Translations under genes and position numbers: made by a program
Source of the DNA: an uncultured Deinococcaceae bacterium
GTDB lineage: Bacteria; Deinococcota; Deinococci; Deinococcales; Deinococcaceae
Reading direction: 5' to 3'
DNA: 62,112 bases
Assembly (NCBI GenBank): GCA_964252075.1
Contig: CAXULY010000033.1
Span: 1-62,112 of the forward strand
Notes under the pieces: model-generated
Database searches by the model: none
What the model saw: the letters and a program-made list of their open reading frames with translations, nothing else
What the model was told of the DNA's origin: nothing
In this document: positions 18,620 to 27,021 of the stretch, piece after piece
Layout: each line of letters begins with the position of its first letter
Position numbering within the stretch: position 1 is the first letter of the stretch

Positions 18620-19720
18620 TCAGGGCGCGCTGACGTCGTCCTGCGGTGGCGGCGCCACGAAGGTCACGGCGTGTGCGACGGGCAGCAGCAGCGGCGCGAA
18701 GCCCGGCTCGGCCACCAGCACCACCCAGCGCTCGGCGAGTGCCGAGTCGGGCAGCAGGACCGCCACGCGGTCCCCCAGCAGCGGCGCCGTCCAGCCGAAC
18801 AGCTCCGGGCCGAGGCTGGCGGGCGGCGTGACGGGCGTGGGCAGCAGGTCCGGGTGCAGCGCCGCGAACTGCTCGGCGTACACCTGCGCGCTCAGGTCGT
18901 CGGTGCCCCAGGCGCGCGGCGTGAGGGTGGCGCGCAGCGCCACCTGCCCGCCCGGCGCGATGAGCGTCACGCTGTCCGGGTTCTGCACGACGCGGTACGC
19001 CGCCGGGTACCGCAGCGCGAACCCCGCGCCCTGGTAGCGTCCGCTCAGGTCCGTCACGGCGCTCGGCGGGCGAAATGGCAGCGTCAGGCGCAGGTGCGGA
19101 CCGGTGCTGCCGTCGGCGCTCAGCTGCAGGGCCGTGGCGTCCGGCGGGGCGGAGGAGAGGTCGTCGGGCACGCGCGCGCTGAGCGTGAAGCTGCCGTCCC
19201 GCGAGGCCTGCACGCGGCCCAGCAGGGCGCCCCCGCTGCCGGGCGCGCCCAGCCGCACCTCCACCGGCGTGCGCGGTGGGAAGCCGCTGCCGCGCACCTC
19301 CAGCGCCGCGCCGGGTGTCACGGGGCCGGGGGAGACGCTCAGCTGCGCGCCCTGGCGCGCGGGCAGCACCGTCCAGGTGCTGATCACCCACGCCGGGGCG
19401 CCCGGTTGCGGCGTGACCGTGATGGCGACCGTGCCACTGAGGTTCAGACTGCCCTGCGGCACGCGGTACGTGAGGAGGTACTGCCCGGCGCCCCCCTGCG
19501 GCGCGAGGCGCAGCACCTGCAGGCCGCGCAGCGCCTGCAGGCGCCCGCGCCACTCCGGCGTCTGGAAGTGCGGGTCGAAGGCGCCCAGCGCGCGCGTCAC
19601 CTGCCCCGCCGTGACCTCGCGCAGCACGCCGCGCAGCCACACGAGCGCCGGGTCCGCGGCGGCATGCGCGCCGCCCGACAGCGCCAGCACCGCCAGCAGT
19701 GCGGCGCGGCGTCGCCTCAC
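18620..19720 (-). CDS. Secreted hypothetical multi-domain protein
   Basis: Signal peptide ending AHA; Ig-like segment LEVRGSGFPP..VEVRLG. Confidence 0.65.
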   Translation of the reverse strand: MRRRRAALLAVLALSGGAHAAADPALVWLRGVLREVTAGQVTRALGAFDPHFQTPEWRGRLQALRGLQVLRLAPQGGAGQYLLTYRVPQGSLNLSGTVAITVTPQPGAPAWVISTWTVLPARQGAQLSVSPGPVTPGAALEVRGSGFPPRTPVEVRLGAPGSGGALLGRVQASRDGSFTLSARVPDDLSSAPPDATALQLSADGSTGPHLRLTLPFRPPSAVTDLSGRYQGAGFALRYPAAYRVVQNPDSVTLIAPGGQVALRATLTPRAWGTDDLSAQVYAEQFAALHPDLLPTPVTPPASLGPELFGWTAPLLGDRVAVLLPDSALAERWVVLVAEPGFAPLLLPVAHAVTFVAPPPQDDVSAP

Positions 19721-19877
19721 AGGGGGCCTCTGCGGGTGCGCATCACCGCCACCCTACGCAAGCTCAGCTGACGGGGCATGCAATTGACCTTTAGCTGGGC
19801 TGAAGGGCCCTCCCATTAATACCCTCATGCAGGCCCGGCGCTAAGCCGCATGGCGTATCGGCGCCCCGCGCGCGGCA

Positions 19878-19886
19878 TGGTACCGT
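19878..19886 (+). promoter_or_regulatory. Extended -10 promoter for the uORF-RIO1 unit
   Basis: TGgTACCGT 12 nt upstream of SD AGGAGGTGA. Confidence 0.55.
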
Positions 19887-19912
19887 GAGGGCCGAATCAG
19901 GAGGTGAAGCAC

Positions 19913-20026
19913 ATGACCACAACCAAGATTGTTCCCAGCGTCCGCGCGTACCCGAATGCCGCCGTCTCAATCAGTCTCTGGAGTGTCCATGTTGCTGTCA
20001 TCCTTCCTGCTGTCCCACCCCACTAA
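19913..20026 (+). CDS. 37-aa leader peptide (uORF) MTTTKIVPSVRAYPNAAVSISLWSVHVAVILPAVPPH upstream of RIO1 kinase
   Basis: Perfect SD AGGAGGTGA (19899-19907) 5 nt before ATG; below the ORF-track size cutoff. Confidence 0.7.
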   Translation: MTTTKIVPSVRAYPNAAVSISLWSVHVAVILPAVPPH

Positions 20027-20038
20027 GCCCGTCCACAC

Positions 20039-20075
20039 GTCGTTGCGGGGGCTGTAAGTGAGCTCCCGCAACGAT
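20039..20075 (+). promoter_or_regulatory. Hairpin enclosing the RIO1 start codon
   Basis: GTCGTTGCGGGGGCT (20039-53) pairs with AGCTCCCGCAACGAT (20061-75), 15 bp incl. 2 G-U; loop GTAAGTG holds the GTG start. Confidence 0.8.
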
Positions 20076-20957
20076 TTCTTTGAGGAGAGCGGCGAGCGCT
20101 TCCGCCGCGAACGCCGCAAGCCGCGCGGACGCCAGCGCGCGACCGACCTCACCGCCGACACCGGCGAGGCGGGCGCCGACGGCCCGCAGTACGCCGACCC
20201 CCTGCTCGCCCAGCTGCAGGCGCGCGGGCACCTTACGGAGATCGTGGGGGAACTCAAGAGCGGCAAGGAAGCGACCGTGTACGCCGCGCGCGGCCCGCAC
20301 GGCGCGGTCGCCGTGAAGATCTACCGCGACGTCGGCGCGCGCAGCTTCCGCAACGACGCCATGTACACCGCCGGGCGCTACGTCTCGGACGCCCGCATCC
20401 GCAAGGCCATCGAGACGCGCAGCGGGCGCGGCGTGCAAGCCGCGCAGGACATGTGGATCATGCACGAGTGGCGCGAACTGTGGGCTCTGTACCTCGCAGG
20501 CGTCCCGGTGCCCGAGCCCATGATCGGGCCGGAGCCCACCATGATCGCCGAAGCGGGGCGCGCCGTCGTGATGCGCTTCATCGGGCGGCTCGACGGGGAC
20601 AGCGCGGTCGCCGCGCCGCGCCTCTCCGACGTGCGCCTCACCCTCCCCGACGCTCGCCGCGCCTGGGAGCAGTCCCTGGACATCATGGCGCGCCTGCTGG
20701 CCCTCGGGCGCGTCCACGGCGACTACAGCACCTACAACCTGCTGCTCTGGGAGAACACCGTGACCGTGATTGACTTCCCGCAGATGACCACCCGCGAGAA
20801 CCCGAACTTCGAGTCCCTGCTGCGCCGCGACGCCGAGAGCCTCACCCGCAGCTTCCTGCGCCACGGCCTCGTCGAGCACGCCGAGGTGACCTTGCGCGAG
20901 GTGCGCGCCCGCGCGCGGCGCCTGGCGGAACGCGAACCGCTCGTTCAGCTGCCGTGA
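20058..20957 (+). CDS. RIO1-family atypical Ser/Thr kinase/ATPase
   Basis: SGKEATVY, AVKIY, HGDYSTYNLL, IDFPQ motifs. Confidence 0.92.
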   Translation: MSSRNDFFEESGERFRRERRKPRGRQRATDLTADTGEAGADGPQYADPLLAQLQARGHLTEIVGELKSGKEATVYAARGPHGAVAVKIYRDVGARSFRNDAMYTAGRYVSDARIRKAIETRSGRGVQAAQDMWIMHEWRELWALYLAGVPVPEPMIGPEPTMIAEAGRAVVMRFIGRLDGDSAVAAPRLSDVRLTLPDARRAWEQSLDIMARLLALGRVHGDYSTYNLLLWENTVTVIDFPQMTTRENPNFESLLRRDAESLTRSFLRHGLVEHAEVTLREVRARARRLAEREPLVQLP

Positions 20958-20967
20958 GCGCCACCCA

Positions 20968-20996
20968 GGGCCCGCCATCACCGTGATGGCGGGCCC
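20968..20996 (+). terminator. Hairpin after RIO1 kinase
   Basis: GGGCCCGCCATCAC-C-GTGATGGCGGGCCC, 14-bp inverted repeat. Confidence 0.7.
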
Positions 20997-21037
20997 CTGC
21001 TGTGCCTGCCGCGCGGTGGGCGTATACACTGCGGGGC

Positions 21038-21799
21038 ATGTCTGTGCGCGACTGCCGCATCGCCGTCCTGTCCGACGTCCACGGCAATGCCTTCGCCCTC
21101 GAAGCGGTCCTCGCGGACCTGCAGCGCGCGGCGCCCGACCTCACCGTGAACCTCGGCGATCAGGTCGAGGGCTGCGCCGACCCCGCCCGCGCGTACGCGC
21201 TGCAAGCCGCGCTGAACGCCACCGAGGTGCGCGGCAACAACGAGGAGAAACTGTGGCCCGGCGGGCGGCGCACCCCCAGCTCCCGGCAGTACGGCGCGTG
21301 GCTGGAAGGCCAGCTGGACGCCGCCGCGCTCGACCACCTGTCCGCCCTCCCGCTGACCGCGCCCCTCGCGGACGGCGCGGTGCTCGCCTGCCACGGCACG
21401 CCGTGGAGCGCCTGGGACAGCCTGCTGTGGGTGTGGGACCCGCACGGCCACTACCGCGCGCGCGACCCGCGCGACCTGCGCGCGCAACTCGCGCCGCTGG
21501 ACGCGCAGGTGGTGCTGTGCGGGCACACGCACCGCCCCGGCGCCACGCGCGTCGGCGACACCCTCCTCGTGAACGCGGGCGCGGTTTCCGACCAGGTGGA
21601 CGGCGACCCCCGCGCCCGCTGGACGCTCCTGGAGTGCCGCGCGGGACGCTGGTCCGCCGACTTCCGCGCGGTGCCGTACGACATCGAGGCGGCCGTCCGC
21701 TGGGCGGCGCGGCACTCGCCCTTCGGCCCGTACGAGGCGGCCCTCCTGCGCAGCGGCACCATGGAGGCGCGCGGACCTGAGGAGGGCGCGCCCAGCTGA
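21038..21799 (+). CDS. Calcineurin-like metallophosphoesterase
   Basis: SDVHGN, LGD, RGNNE, CHG, GHTH motifs; leaderless (TACACT 7 nt before ATG). Confidence 0.9.
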   Translation: MSVRDCRIAVLSDVHGNAFALEAVLADLQRAAPDLTVNLGDQVEGCADPARAYALQAALNATEVRGNNEEKLWPGGRRTPSSRQYGAWLEGQLDAAALDHLSALPLTAPLADGAVLACHGTPWSAWDSLLWVWDPHGHYRARDPRDLRAQLAPLDAQVVLCGHTHRPGATRVGDTLLVNAGAVSDQVDGDPRARWTLLECRAGRWSADFRAVPYDIEAAVRWAARHSPFGPYEAALLRSGTMEARGPEEGAPS

Positions 21800-21938
21800 A
21801 CGGCGCGCCCCGCCGCCCGGTGTTATTATCCCCACCTATGCCGGAGGATGATTTAGAGCGCGGGTTGGCGCCGCTGGCGGTCACGCCAGCGGCGCCAACC
21901 CCGGCGGGCAGGAGCGAGGGACGGCGCGTGAGGGCCAC

Positions 21939-23279
21939 ATGGTGAACGCCCCACCGCCACCCGAAGTGGCGCCCGCGCCACAGCGACCTTGGCAGCGCAC
22001 CCTGTGGGTGATGATCCTGTCGCAGGTCATCACGCAGGTGGCCTTCACGCTCGCGCTGCCGTTTCTGCCGCTGTTCATCACGCAGCTCGGCGTGCGCTCC
22101 GCGAACGAGGCGGCCCTGTGGGCGGGCGTGTCCGCCACCGTCTCGGGCCTCGCCATGGCGCTCTTCTCGCCCCTGTGGGGCCGCCTCGCGGACCGCTTCG
22201 GGCGCAAGGCCATGGTGCTGCGCGCGACCTTTGCGGGCGTCCTCATCGTGGGCGGCATGGGCCTCGTGGGGTCCCCGCTGCCGCTGCTGCTGCTGCGCCT
22301 CCTGCAGGGCGCCCTCACCGGCACGGTCAGCGCCTCCAACACCCTCGTCGCCGCGACCGTCCCCCCCAACCGCCTGGGCTTCAGCATGGGCCTCATGCAG
22401 ACCGCCGTGCTGGCGGGCGCCGCGGGCGGTCCTCTCATCGGCGGCGTCCTCGCGGACCACTTCGGCTTCCGCGTGACCTTCGCCCTCACCGCCGTGCTGC
22501 TCCTCATCTCCGGTCTGCTCGTGCTGTTCGGCGCGCATGAGGGCGCGCGCCCCACCACCCGGCGCCGCGAACGCGCCCGCGCGGACGCCAAGGCCCTCTC
22601 GCCCGTCATCGTCGTGAACTTCCTCGACCAGTTCGCGGGCTCCATCGCCGTGCCGGTCCTGCCGCTCTTCATCGTGAGCCTCGCCAGCAGCCACGGCGGC
22701 GCGTCCACCGCCACCGGCTTCGTGCTGGGCAGCGTCGCGCTCAGCGCCAGCCTGGGGTCCCTCATCTCCGGGCGCCTCTCCGACCGCCCCGTGTGGCTGC
22801 CCGGCGCCCGCCACCACGCGCCCGACGGCACCACCCGCCCCGGACGGGTGGGCGTGCTGGTCCTCCGCACACGCCGCGTGCCGCTCCCGCCCGGCGCGCT
22901 CGTGTGGCCCAACCCCCGCGTCATCCTCACCGTGTGCGCCGCCGGCGCGGCCGTGTTCACGCTCGCGCAGGCCTTCGCCCCCAGCGTCTTCTGGCTGGGC
23001 CTCGCCCGAATCCTGATGGGCCTCTTCATCGGCGGCACCATCCCCGCCGCGAACGTCGTGCTGGGCGCCCTCACCACCCCCGAGACGCGCGGCACGGCCT
23101 TCGGGTACACCGCCAGCGCCAGCGCCCTGGGCTTCGCGGCGGGCCCACTCGTGGGCGCGCTGCTGCTCGGCAGCGGCTACCGCCTGCCCTTCGTCGTCAC
23201 GGCCGTGCTGCTCGGCGTGCAGGCCATCTGGGTGTACCGCCAGATCCCCGCGCGCCTCCCCGAACCCGACGTGGGGTAG
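21939..23279 (+). CDS. MFS transporter (MdtG/DHA1-like)
   Basis: PFLPLFITQLG, WGRLADRFGRKAM motif A, GPLIGG. Confidence 0.9.
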   Translation: MVNAPPPPEVAPAPQRPWQRTLWVMILSQVITQVAFTLALPFLPLFITQLGVRSANEAALWAGVSATVSGLAMALFSPLWGRLADRFGRKAMVLRATFAGVLIVGGMGLVGSPLPLLLLRLLQGALTGTVSASNTLVAATVPPNRLGFSMGLMQTAVLAGAAGGPLIGGVLADHFGFRVTFALTAVLLLISGLLVLFGAHEGARPTTRRRERARADAKALSPVIVVNFLDQFAGSIAVPVLPLFIVSLASSHGGASTATGFVLGSVALSASLGSLISGRLSDRPVWLPGARHHAPDGTTRPGRVGVLVLRTRRVPLPPGALVWPNPRVILTVCAAGAAVFTLAQAFAPSVFWLGLARILMGLFIGGTIPAANVVLGALTTPETRGTAFGYTASASALGFAAGPLVGALLLGSGYRLPFVVTAVLLGVQAIWVYRQIPARLPEPDVG

Positions 23280-23316
23280 TGTGGGGCGAAAACGCCCCAG
23301 CCCATCAGGAGACCGC

Positions 23317-24027
23317 ATGAAGCAGACCGCCCTGTCCGCCCTCGTCCTCGCCCTGCTGCTCGCCGCCTGCAACACCACCCCCACCCCGAACGGCTCAGGC
23401 ACCGGCGGGAACAGCACGGGCGGCACGCCGCAAGGCACCGTCGTCAGCGGCAACAAGGTCCTGAACGGCCCCGGCGCGGGCCAGGTGGTCTTCCAGATGC
23501 CGACGGGCGCCACCTCCACCTCCGGCACCTCCGACGTCGCGCGCGCCGACGTGGCCGCCGACGGCAGCTTCACCGTCACCCTCCCCGACGAGGCGCACAT
23601 CCCATATCTGGGGAACGCGTACGCCACCGCGCCGCAGCAGACCTTCCCCGGTGTGCAGTGCACCCAGAGCCTCTCGTCCAGCAACCCGGACGCGCGCGGC
23701 AACAGCATCTCGTCCGGTGAACTGCTGCAGGGCGGTGTGGCGAAGGGACCGCTCTCGTCGGTGTCGTCCCTGACGCCCGGCAGCACCAGCGCCACGCTGT
23801 TCGGCTGGACGTACGTGGACCGCGACGTGACCACCACGGGCACCGTGGACTGCGCCGGGAGCAGCTCCGGCTTCAATCTGGCCGTGCACCTCGATTACAA
23901 CGCGGCGCTCACCAGAGGCTGGAACGTTATGAAGATCAGCTTCGCCTACGCGGACACGGGCGTGCAGGGCAGCGTCACGGCCGAGCCCCTGCACGGCCTG
24001 AACTGGACGTTCACCGCCAATCAGTAA
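23317..24027 (+). CDS. Lipoprotein of unknown function
   Basis: Lipobox LLAAC; AGGAG SD; YVDRDV..L.RGWN C-terminal pattern. Confidence 0.8.
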   Translation: MKQTALSALVLALLLAACNTTPTPNGSGTGGNSTGGTPQGTVVSGNKVLNGPGAGQVVFQMPTGATSTSGTSDVARADVAADGSFTVTLPDEAHIPYLGNAYATAPQQTFPGVQCTQSLSSSNPDARGNSISSGELLQGGVAKGPLSSVSSLTPGSTSATLFGWTYVDRDVTTTGTVDCAGSSSGFNLAVHLDYNAALTRGWNVMKISFAYADTGVQGSVTAEPLHGLNWTFTANQ

Positions 24028-24037
24028 GCAGGATCTC

Positions 24038-24067
24038 CGGGCCGGACCGACGCGTCGGTCCGGCCCG
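24038..24067. terminator. Perfect 30-bp palindrome (probable terminator hairpin)
   Basis: CGGGCCGGACCGACG/CGTCGGTCCGGCCCG. Confidence 0.6.
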
Positions 24068-24141
24068 TTCCGTCCCTTCGCTCACCCTTGCCCCCCACGC
24101 GCGGACCGTATCGTGAAGCCCACAGCTCCACGGGAGGAACC

Positions 24142-26916
24142 ATGAACACTGTGCCGAAGAAAAGAGCGCTGCTGACCGTCGCCCTGCTGCTCGCCGCCAC
24201 GCCCGCCCTCGCGCAGACGGACGTGGCGCAGCCGCCCCCCCCTCAGGACGCGCCCACGACGGGCGTGCCGCAGACCACGGCGGGCGTGCGCCGCACGGTG
24301 CTGGACAACGGCCTGACGGTCCTCACGAAGGAAGTGCACGGCGCGCCCGTGGTGAGCGTGCGCGTGGAGTACAAGATCGGGTCGCGCAACGAGGCGGCAG
24401 GCGTGAACGGCATCGCGCACCAGCTGGAACACATGATGTTCAAGGGCACCACGGACCGCCCCGTGCAGTTCGGGCGGCTGCTCTCCGCGCTCGGCGCGGA
24501 CTTCAACGCCACCACGTACTACGACCAGACAAGTTACTTCGAGACGGTGGAGCGCGAGAAGCTCGGCGCGGCCCTCGCGCTCGAAGCGGACCGCATGGTG
24601 AACGCGCAGATCGACCCAGAGAAACTCGCGGGGGAGCGCAGCGTCGTGCTGTCCGAAATTGAGGGCGACGAGAACAGCCCCGATTACCGCCTGAACCGCG
24701 CGGTGCAGGCCGCCGCCTTCCCAAACTCCCCGTACGGCCTCACGGTGGGCGGCACCCGCAAGGACATTGAGGGCTTCACGGCGGACAAGGTGCGCGCGTA
24801 CTACCAGAAGTACTACTCGCCGGAGTACGCGACCCTGGTGATCGTGGGGGACTTCAACACGGACGAGGTGCTCAAGACGGTGCAGGACACCTTTGGGACG
24901 CTCGGGAGGGCCGGCACGCGGCCCGTGCAGACCAGCGCGCCGCTCGCCGGGGACCGCGGGGAGGCGACCCTCGGGAACCGCCACCCCAGCGCGCCCATCG
25001 TGCTGAAGGAGCCGGGCGCCGCGCCGCTCCTGCAGGCGGTGTACCCGCTGCCCAGCGTGAGCAGCCCGGACGTGCCCGCCCTGAACGTGCTGGACAACAT
25101 CCTGCTGTCCGGCCGCACCAGCCGCATCTATCAGGCGCTGTTCGAGAGTGGCCTCGCGGCGGACGGCGGCACGCTGCCATACACCTTCCGGCGCGGCGGG
25201 TGGTACGACTTCAGCTTCACGCCTGCGCCCGGCAAGACCCCGCAGGACGTGGACGCCGCGCTCCTGAAGGTCCTGCAGGCCGTGCGGGACGCGCCGCCTA
25301 CCCAGGAGGAAGTGGACCGCGCGCGCACGCAGATCACGGCGCGCACCGTGCTGGGCAGCACCAGCGTGCAGGCGCAGGCCGCGCAGCTCGGCAGTGACGC
25401 CACCACTGCCGGCGATTACCGCTACACCGACAAGTTCCTGGTGGCCCTGCAGGACGTGACGCCCGCCGACGTGCAGCGCGTCGCGCAGAAGTACCTGCAG
25501 GACGCCAGCCGCACCGTGGGGTACTTCGAGCCCACGCAGGCACAGGCGGGCCAGGGGCAGGGCGGCCCCGCCGCGGGCGGCACGCAGGAGGCCTTCAACG
25601 CCGGGCCGCCCGTGGACCCCGCCGAAGTCGCGAAGTACCTGCCCGCCTCGCCCGCCGCCGGGCAGGCGCAGGTGCCGCTGCCGGAGGAGGTGAAGCTCCC
25701 GAACGGCCTCACGCTGCTGCTGCTGCGCGACGCGAGCACCCCCACCGTGACGCTCAGCGCGGACGTCCGCGCCGGCCGCGAGTTCGACCCGGAGGCCCAG
25801 GCGGGCCTCGCGGACCAGGTGGCGGGGAACCTGCTGTCCGGCACCACCACGCGCGACGAGCTGACCCTTGCGCGCACCCTCGATGACGTGGGCGCGTCGC
25901 TCGGCGCGAGCGCCAGCCGTTTCGGCGTGGAGATCGGCGGCGCGGCCCTCAGTGCGAACCTCCCGACGCTGCTCGACGTGTTCTCCGACGTGCTGCAGAA
26001 CGCCACCTTCCCCGAGCAGCAGTTCAAACTCAGTCAGGCGCAGGCGCTGCAGGGCCTCAGGCGCAGCGCGGACGATCCCGGCAGCGTCGCGCAGGAGGTG
26101 TTTCGCAAGACCGTGTACCCGAAGGGGAACCCCTGGCAGGTCTTCGCGAACGCGCAGACCGTCAGCGGCCTCACGCAGGCGGACCTCACGGCGTTCTACA
26201 AGGCGCACTACCGCCCGGACGCCACGGTCGTCACGCTCGTCGGGGATTTCGACCCTGCCGCCGTGAAGCAGCTCATGACGGACAAGCTCGGCGGGTGGGC
26301 CGCGCAGGGCGCCGCACCCACCATCAGTTACCCGCAGGTGGGCAAGCCGTCCGGCGTGGTGCGCGAGAACCCTGACCTGCCCGGCAAGACGCAGGCCGTC
26401 ACGTACCTCGGGTACCAGAGCATCGACCGCAAGGACCCCCGGTACTACGCGAGCCTCGTGCTGAACCAGGTGCTGGGCGGCGACACCCTGTCCAGCCGCC
26501 TCGGCACGACGCTGCGCGACCAGCAGGGCCTCACGTACGGCGTGTACTCCGGCTTCAGCGCGGGCCGCGAGGCGGGCCCCTTCACGGTCGTCATGCAGAC
26601 CAACCCGCGCGACACCGAGAAGGCCATCCAGGGCGCCCTCGCGCTGATCGGGCAGGTGCAGCAGCAGGGCCTCACCGACGCCGAGGTGAACACCGCGAAG
26701 AACACCCTCGTGAGCGGCTACACGGTGGGCCTCTCGAACCCCGCCGCGCTCGCCGGGACCTTCACGAGCTTCTACACCACCGGCCTGCCCCTCTCGGAAC
26801 TCACGGAGTACCAGAACAAGGTGAACGCCGTGACGCCCGAGCAGGTGAATGAGGCCGCCAAGGACCTCCTCGACCCGCAGAACATCGTGATTGTGACGGC
26901 CGGACCGAAGCAGTAA
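24142..26916 (+). CDS. Secreted M16 (pitrilysin/insulinase) zinc protease, two-half fusion
   Basis: Signal peptide, inverted zinc motif HQLEH, second half LPNGL..SSRL..LRDQQGLTY; GGAGG SD. Confidence 0.93.
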   Translation: MNTVPKKRALLTVALLLAATPALAQTDVAQPPPPQDAPTTGVPQTTAGVRRTVLDNGLTVLTKEVHGAPVVSVRVEYKIGSRNEAAGVNGIAHQLEHMMFKGTTDRPVQFGRLLSALGADFNATTYYDQTSYFETVEREKLGAALALEADRMVNAQIDPEKLAGERSVVLSEIEGDENSPDYRLNRAVQAAAFPNSPYGLTVGGTRKDIEGFTADKVRAYYQKYYSPEYATLVIVGDFNTDEVLKTVQDTFGTLGRAGTRPVQTSAPLAGDRGEATLGNRHPSAPIVLKEPGAAPLLQAVYPLPSVSSPDVPALNVLDNILLSGRTSRIYQALFESGLAADGGTLPYTFRRGGWYDFSFTPAPGKTPQDVDAALLKVLQAVRDAPPTQEEVDRARTQITARTVLGSTSVQAQAAQLGSDATTAGDYRYTDKFLVALQDVTPADVQRVAQKYLQDASRTVGYFEPTQAQAGQGQGGPAAGGTQEAFNAGPPVDPAEVAKYLPASPAAGQAQVPLPEEVKLPNGLTLLLLRDASTPTVTLSADVRAGREFDPEAQAGLADQVAGNLLSGTTTRDELTLARTLDDVGASLGASASRFGVEIGGAALSANLPTLLDVFSDVLQNATFPEQQFKLSQAQALQGLRRSADDPGSVAQEVFRKTVYPKGNPWQVFANAQTVSGLTQADLTAFYKAHYRPDATVVTLVGDFDPAAVKQLMTDKLGGWAAQGAAPTISYPQVGKPSGVVRENPDLPGKTQAVTYLGYQSIDRKDPRYYASLVLNQVLGGDTLSSRLGTTLRDQQGLTYGVYSGFSAGREAGPFTVVMQTNPRDTEKAIQGALALIGQVQQQGLTDAEVNTAKNTLVSGYTVGLSNPAALAGTFTSFYTTGLPLSELTEYQNKVNAVTPEQVNEAAKDLLDPQNIVIVTAGPKQ

Positions 26917-26920
26917 GGCC

Positions 26921-26964
26921 AGGAGTGCGGGGGCCGGGCGCTTGCGCCCGGTCCCCGCACTCCT
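26921..26964 (+). terminator. Hairpin after M16 protease
   Basis: AGGAGTGCGGGGGCCGGGCG / CGCCCGGTCCCCGCACTCCT. Confidence 0.7.
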
Positions 26965-27021
26965 GATTCGGTGTGAACCCAGAACCACAGCCTGTACATT
27001 GACCACATAGCGGTCCAACGC

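Noticed and set aside
19913..20957. Programmed frameshift fusing the leader peptide to RIO1
   Set aside because: TAA 20055-57 is in the kinase frame directly before GTG, so no fusion protein can form; only termination/re-initiation fits.
24038..24067. Loopless perfect palindromes (also 7555-7578) as a mobile repeat family
   Set aside because: The sequences are unrelated to each other and sit just after stop codons; best explained as terminator hairpins.
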